From Ignavibacteriaceae bacterium (GTDB lineage: Bacteria > Bacteroidota > Ignavibacteria > Ignavibacteriales > Ignavibacteriaceae), in assembly GCA_046703345.1 (NCBI GenBank), contig JBJKTB010000389.1:1-44256 (forward strand): DNA of 44,256 nucleotides, given 5' to 3'. Of this stretch, positions 40,995 to 44,256 are shown in pieces (the first letter of the stretch is position 1; each line of letters starts with the position of its first letter). The notes beneath the pieces were generated by a model. The model was not told the DNA's origin and searched no databases. It was given only the letters and a program-made list of their open reading frames with translations. The position numbers and the translations under genes were made by a program.

Positions 40995-41030
40995 AAAGCC
41001 GGGGGTTCATTCCTCGCCTCCGGCTTTTTT
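40995..41030 (+). terminator. Rho-independent terminator after the lysis cassette, mirror copy
   Basis: AAAGCCGGGGG-loop-CCTCCGGCTTTTTT; exact reverse complement of 3227..3262. Confidence 0.75.
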
Positions 41031-41041
41031 ATAAAGGAATT

Positions 41042-41536
41042 ATGGAATATACAATAGAAAAAATATCGGAAGCGTTTAAGGTTATTGAAGATGCTTTGAG
41101 CGAAAAATTAAAAGAGCTGGACCAGGCAAACCGTGTTGCCGTCGAAAGGCTTACGCAGCTTGACGGCTACGTGCTTAAAGATCCGGTGGGAGTTATAGGA
41201 CTTTTATATGCGGGCGATAATTTTACAAAGCGGGATGATTACCGCGGCAACAAAATATTTATGAAAAGAGAAATGCTCATTTCGGTTGTCCCCATAATCC
41301 GTTTTATAGACAGCCCGAGAATTTCTGTTGAACATTATAAAATGATACCGGCGGATTATGTCGACTTTGTTCTTGGTGCGGTTGCCGGGATTGAAGTATT
41401 TAACAAACGCCCCGGCTATGAAAATAAAATTTATCCTGTTGCTTCGTCATTAGCGGAAGAAGCAAACGGAGTTTGGAAATACCCGGTTACATTCGGTGTG
41501 CCGCTGGATTATGCGGAAGAAGATTTAAGAACATAA
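41042..41536 (+). CDS. Hypothetical neck protein (164 aa, possibly gp37/DUF1834-like), mirror copy
   Basis: Exact reverse complement of 2721..3215; identical protein. Confidence 0.45.
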   Translation: MEYTIEKISEAFKVIEDALSEKLKELDQANRVAVERLTQLDGYVLKDPVGVIGLLYAGDNFTKRDDYRGNKIFMKREMLISVVPIIRFIDSPRISVEHYKMIPADYVDFVLGAVAGIEVFNKRPGYENKIYPVASSLAEEANGVWKYPVTFGVPLDYAEEDLRT

Positions 41537-41554
41537 AAATTAGAGGTAAACAAA

Positions 41555-42508
41555 ATGATTTCAATACCTGGAATAAAAGCAATTGGTAAATGCAACCTCG
41601 GAACACTGGCCACAACTCCCGCCGGGATTGTAATGGCAGGCTTCCGAGATAAAGCGACTTTGACCTTTTCCCCGTATAAAACGCGGAAAGATTATAAGCA
41701 GAGGACCGCCAGGAACATGCTGCAGGCAAAAGCCGAATATGAAACATTCCACTCATCCCTTGATGTATTTTCCGGCTTATTAAGGCACATGAACTGCAAC
41801 ATGGATGTGCAGATGCTCAGCGATAAGCAGTCTTCCACCGCGAACAGCGAAGATGTTTTCAAATTTACAGCATCAACATTCGTGCTTGGCCTTGCGTTTG
41901 AATATCTGCTGACACTCGACGGAAGATCCATAAAAGAAACCTTAACCGGTGCGGCGGATTATTCAACCGTTCAGACAATGCTGGACGCAGCAGACAGCGA
42001 ATCGGCGATCTCGCTCGGCGCTACGGTTGACGGAGTTGATTTTACGCAGGCAAGAAGAGCGCACCTTAACGATCTTCTTATTCAGGCACCCAGCGGTACA
42101 AGCTTAATATCGGCATCGGAGTTTGAAGACTTAAAGTTCTCAATAAAATCAATCGACTCCGAAAATGCTTTGGGCGCTAATATGATAGACGGCTTCCTCT
42201 GCCATTTGGAAATAACCGGCAAAGACGCCTCAATATCAAAAATAGTTACGCAGCTGAGTAAGAACATGAGCCAAACAGTTAAGCTGCAGATACCGAACGA
42301 AGGCAGCTATTACGATGAATTTGACTTTACCGCCGGCACTTTAACTCCTGTTGACGAGCCGACTTTTTCCGACGACAAAAGGAATCTGAAATGTACATAC
42401 GAAGGCATGGTAAGGCCGTATGAAATTACGGTTCAGACCGGCGCTTCTTACGGCGGCGTTGATGATGATGACGGCGCAAACGGCGGTACGGTAACCATCG
42501 GTTATTAA
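41555..42508 (+). CDS. Hypothetical major structural protein (317 aa), mirror copy
   Basis: Exact reverse complement of 1749..2702; identical protein. Confidence 0.55.
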   Translation: MISIPGIKAIGKCNLGTLATTPAGIVMAGFRDKATLTFSPYKTRKDYKQRTARNMLQAKAEYETFHSSLDVFSGLLRHMNCNMDVQMLSDKQSSTANSEDVFKFTASTFVLGLAFEYLLTLDGRSIKETLTGAADYSTVQTMLDAADSESAISLGATVDGVDFTQARRAHLNDLLIQAPSGTSLISASEFEDLKFSIKSIDSENALGANMIDGFLCHLEITGKDASISKIVTQLSKNMSQTVKLQIPNEGSYYDEFDFTAGTLTPVDEPTFSDDKRNLKCTYEGMVRPYEITVQTGASYGGVDDDDGANGGTVTIGY

Positions 42509-42514
42509 TTATTC

Positions 42515-42540
42515 AGCCGAAGGCCTTTGAGCCTTCGGCT
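42515..42540 (+). terminator. GC hairpin AGCCGAAGGC-loop-GCCTTCGGCT, mirror copy
   Basis: Exact reverse complement of 1717..1742. Confidence 0.4.
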
Positions 42541-42564
42541 TAAAATAAAATAAGGAATTTCGAA

Positions 42565-42924
42565 ATGGCTAAAGAAAAAAAAGAAGTAGATATATTCATC
42601 GAGGATGAAATATCAAGCGGCGATAAAAAGGCCGTTAAAAGCAAATTAAAAGTGCCTTATATTATTGATAATAAGGCAAAGTCTTTGCGTATTTACAGCG
42701 TAGCCGGCGGCAAAACAATTTTCGTTTCCACGCGAACCGGCGGCCTGCAGATTAACGGCGACTGCTACGAAATGGATGTAACCGGCAACAATGAAATTAT
42801 AGGCAAGCGGTATGAGCTTACCGAATGCGGGAGCAAACTTGTGCTGTTAACCGGCAAGATCTCCCAGAAGAAAGCCGGATCGAACGTAATAGATTTTCAA
42901 AAGGCAGCAAATGCGGGGAAATAA
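42565..42924 (+). CDS. Hypothetical virion protein (119 aa), mirror copy
   Basis: Exact reverse complement of 1333..1692; identical protein. Confidence 0.6.
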   Translation: MAKEKKEVDIFIEDEISSGDKKAVKSKLKVPYIIDNKAKSLRIYSVAGGKTIFVSTRTGGLQINGDCYEMDVTGNNEIIGKRYELTECGSKLVLLTGKISQKKAGSNVIDFQKAANAGK

Positions 42925-43275
42925 ATGGATGCAGCCCAAAAGAACTTTATAATAGAAGACGGAATTGCCTGGGGCTTTTCATTCGTCTGGAAGACCGGCA
43001 CAGAAAGCAGCAGAACGCCCGTTAACATAACGGGCTTTTCGGCATCATTAAAAATATTCCGCAAAAGCGACGGCGAGCTTCTGGCAACCTATACGCCTTC
43101 TAGCGGCGAAATTACCGTAGGCACAACCGACGGTAAATATTCCGTAAATATTTCGGCCGCAAAAATAACCGACTTGAATTTTGTAACCGCAGATTATGAG
43201 TTCGATATTATAAATACGACTCCGGAGCCGATCCGGAGAATTAAAGGCGAAATTACAAAGAACCCGAAAAAATAA
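42925..43275 (+). CDS. Hypothetical virion protein (116 aa), mirror copy
   Basis: Exact reverse complement of 982..1332; identical protein. Confidence 0.6.
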   Translation: MDAAQKNFIIEDGIAWGFSFVWKTGTESSRTPVNITGFSASLKIFRKSDGELLATYTPSSGEITVGTTDGKYSVNISAAKITDLNFVTADYEFDIINTTPEPIRRIKGEITKNPKK

Positions 43276-43589
43276 TGGATAAAGATTTTATAGTAATAAC
43301 GGAAAACGAAACAGAGGTATTCGAATTTGACGAATCCGAAGTTATTGAAGTTGTTAACGACAACCTTGAGGTTATTGAAATAGGAGAGCAGGGGCCGTCG
43401 GGAGGAAGTATAACGGATTACGTCCGTGCTTCTACGATTAATGCGAAAGGAGATCTGATAGTTGGAGATGCGAGCGCGCAGCCGGTAAGGCTCCCCATCG
43501 GATCGAACGATTATTTTTTAATGGTTGACAGCACGCAGGACAGAGGGTATAAATTTACTAAAACATTAGACGGCGGAACTTTTGAATAA
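43275..43589 (+). CDS. Fibre-associated virion protein (104 aa), mirror copy
   Basis: Exact reverse complement of 668..982; identical protein. Confidence 0.55.
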   Translation: MDKDFIVITENETEVFEFDESEVIEVVNDNLEVIEIGEQGPSGGSITDYVRASTINAKGDLIVGDASAQPVRLPIGSNDYFLMVDSTQDRGYKFTKTLDGGTFE

Positions 43590-43625
43590 CGGAATAAAAT
43601 TAATTATAAAATTTAGGAGTAGAAA

Positions 43626-44084
43626 ATGGCTCAGATAATAAAAACAAAAAGGGGATTGAAAGCTAATCTGCCTTCAACTTCATTGAACGCGGGCGAGCTG
43701 CATGTTACAACCGACCGCGGCACCTTGCATTTACCGACCGATGCAACAACGATGATCCCGGTTGTACCCGCGCTGGACGATCTTACCGCGCTTGCAAGTG
43801 TAAGCGGTGCGGAAGATTTAATCCTTATCCATGATGCCAGCGAAGCTGCAGAACAAAAAGAAAAGAAGATGACTTTTAACGACTTTAAGAGTGCTCTAAA
43901 TATTCCGGCTGCCAGCACCGATGAGCTTGTTGCGGTAGTAAGCGGCGGCACTGCAGGCTACATTTGGGGCACGGACGGCACGGACGGCGTTTTAAGGATG
44001 GGCAGCACAATGGCGTGGACTAAAGATGCCGGCAATGCTTTTGTAACTTTAAACGTTAATACAATCGACGGCGGCACGTTCTAA
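43626..44084 (+). CDS. Tail-fibre / receptor-binding-like protein (152 aa), mirror copy
   Basis: Exact reverse complement of 173..631; identical protein. Confidence 0.6.
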   Translation: MAQIIKTKRGLKANLPSTSLNAGELHVTTDRGTLHLPTDATTMIPVVPALDDLTALASVSGAEDLILIHDASEAAEQKEKKMTFNDFKSALNIPAASTDELVAVVSGGTAGYIWGTDGTDGVLRMGSTMAWTKDAGNAFVTLNVNTIDGGTF

Positions 44085-44256
44085 TGAGCCGCGGGCAAAC
44101 GATACAAATTTTACGGACTACAAAGGCAAACCTGGATACGCAGGCTTCCACAAGCAACCTGCTGCAAGGCGAGCCTTATCTGGTCACCGATGAAAGCCGC
44201 ATTGCAATCGGTACGGATGTAAATGCTTATGAAGATATGGCGAAGAAAAGCGAGAC
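44084..44256 (+). CDS. Tail-fibre-like protein, N-terminal fragment running off the window edge, mirror copy
   Basis: ATG at 44084-44086 overlaps the TAA of the 152-aa gene. Reads MSRGQTIQILRTTKANLDTQ... to the edge. Confidence 0.5.
   Translation, partial: MSRGQTIQILRTTKANLDTQASTSNLLQGEPYLVTDESRIAIGTDVNAYEDMAKKSE

Larger units (their letters stand above)
22129..44256. repeat. Right arm of the window-spanning inverted repeat (exact reverse complement of 1..22128)
   Basis: Same evidence as the left arm. No spacer or loop between the arms. No mismatch seen at any site compared by eye (9115-9147 vs 35110-35142, start codons, terminators). Confidence 0.97.

Noticed and set aside
1-44256. Terminal inverted repeats, which could suggest a complete linear genome with ITRs
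   Set aside because: The inverted repeat is not confined to the termini. It extends over the full length to a central axis, so it reflects whole-molecule duplication, not genome ends.

Overview
The window is not 44 kb of unique sequence. It is one perfect palindrome: position x is the complement of position 44257-x. I checked this at both termini, at the centre (GGAGGGCA|TGCCCTCC, axis between 22128 and 22129) and at several internal sites. Every ORF-track entry also occurs as an identical-protein pair on opposite strands with coordinates summing to 44257. The unique content is therefore one 22,128-bp unit (1..22128), followed by its exact reverse complement (22129..44256).

The unit is part of a Mu-like transposable temperate phage:
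- Leftward structural operon: small HTH protein, Mu I-like protease/scaffold, DUF2190-like decoration protein with tandem repeats, HK97-fold major capsid protein, DUF1320/gp36-like connector, an embedded four-gene lysis cassette, several unassigned virion proteins and fibre-like proteins.
- Divergent rightward packaging operon: membrane protein, coiled-coil protein, gp27-like small terminase, unknown ORF, gp28-like large terminase, DUF935 portal, Mu F-like and Mu G-like proteins.
- Small accessory island: a membrane protein, a GC-rich structured leader and a 61-aa ORF.
- Immunity and transposition module: CI-like repressor, divergent sigma70-type promoter, Ner/Cro-like HTH, six small accessory ORFs, DDE transposase (MuA-like), a 141-aa unknown, an AAA+ MuB-like ATPase and two more small ORFs.

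The second of those two small ORFs is cut by the palindrome axis. I recognised no rRNA, tRNA, CRISPR array, integrase or protelomerase.

The head-to-head duplication is most probably a foldback or assembly artefact, because the axis falls inside an open reading frame, has no loop or spacer, and the arms appear identical. This needs read-level confirmation. Within the unit, the candidates most worth a second look are:
- the aca-like HTH gene plus 33-bp palindrome at the divergent late promoters;
- the structured terminator-bearing leader next to the repressor;
- the accessory genes inserted between ner and A, and between A and B;
- the lysis cassette with a unimolecular-spanin candidate.

All functional calls rest on my recognition of motifs and synteny. 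No database search was run.
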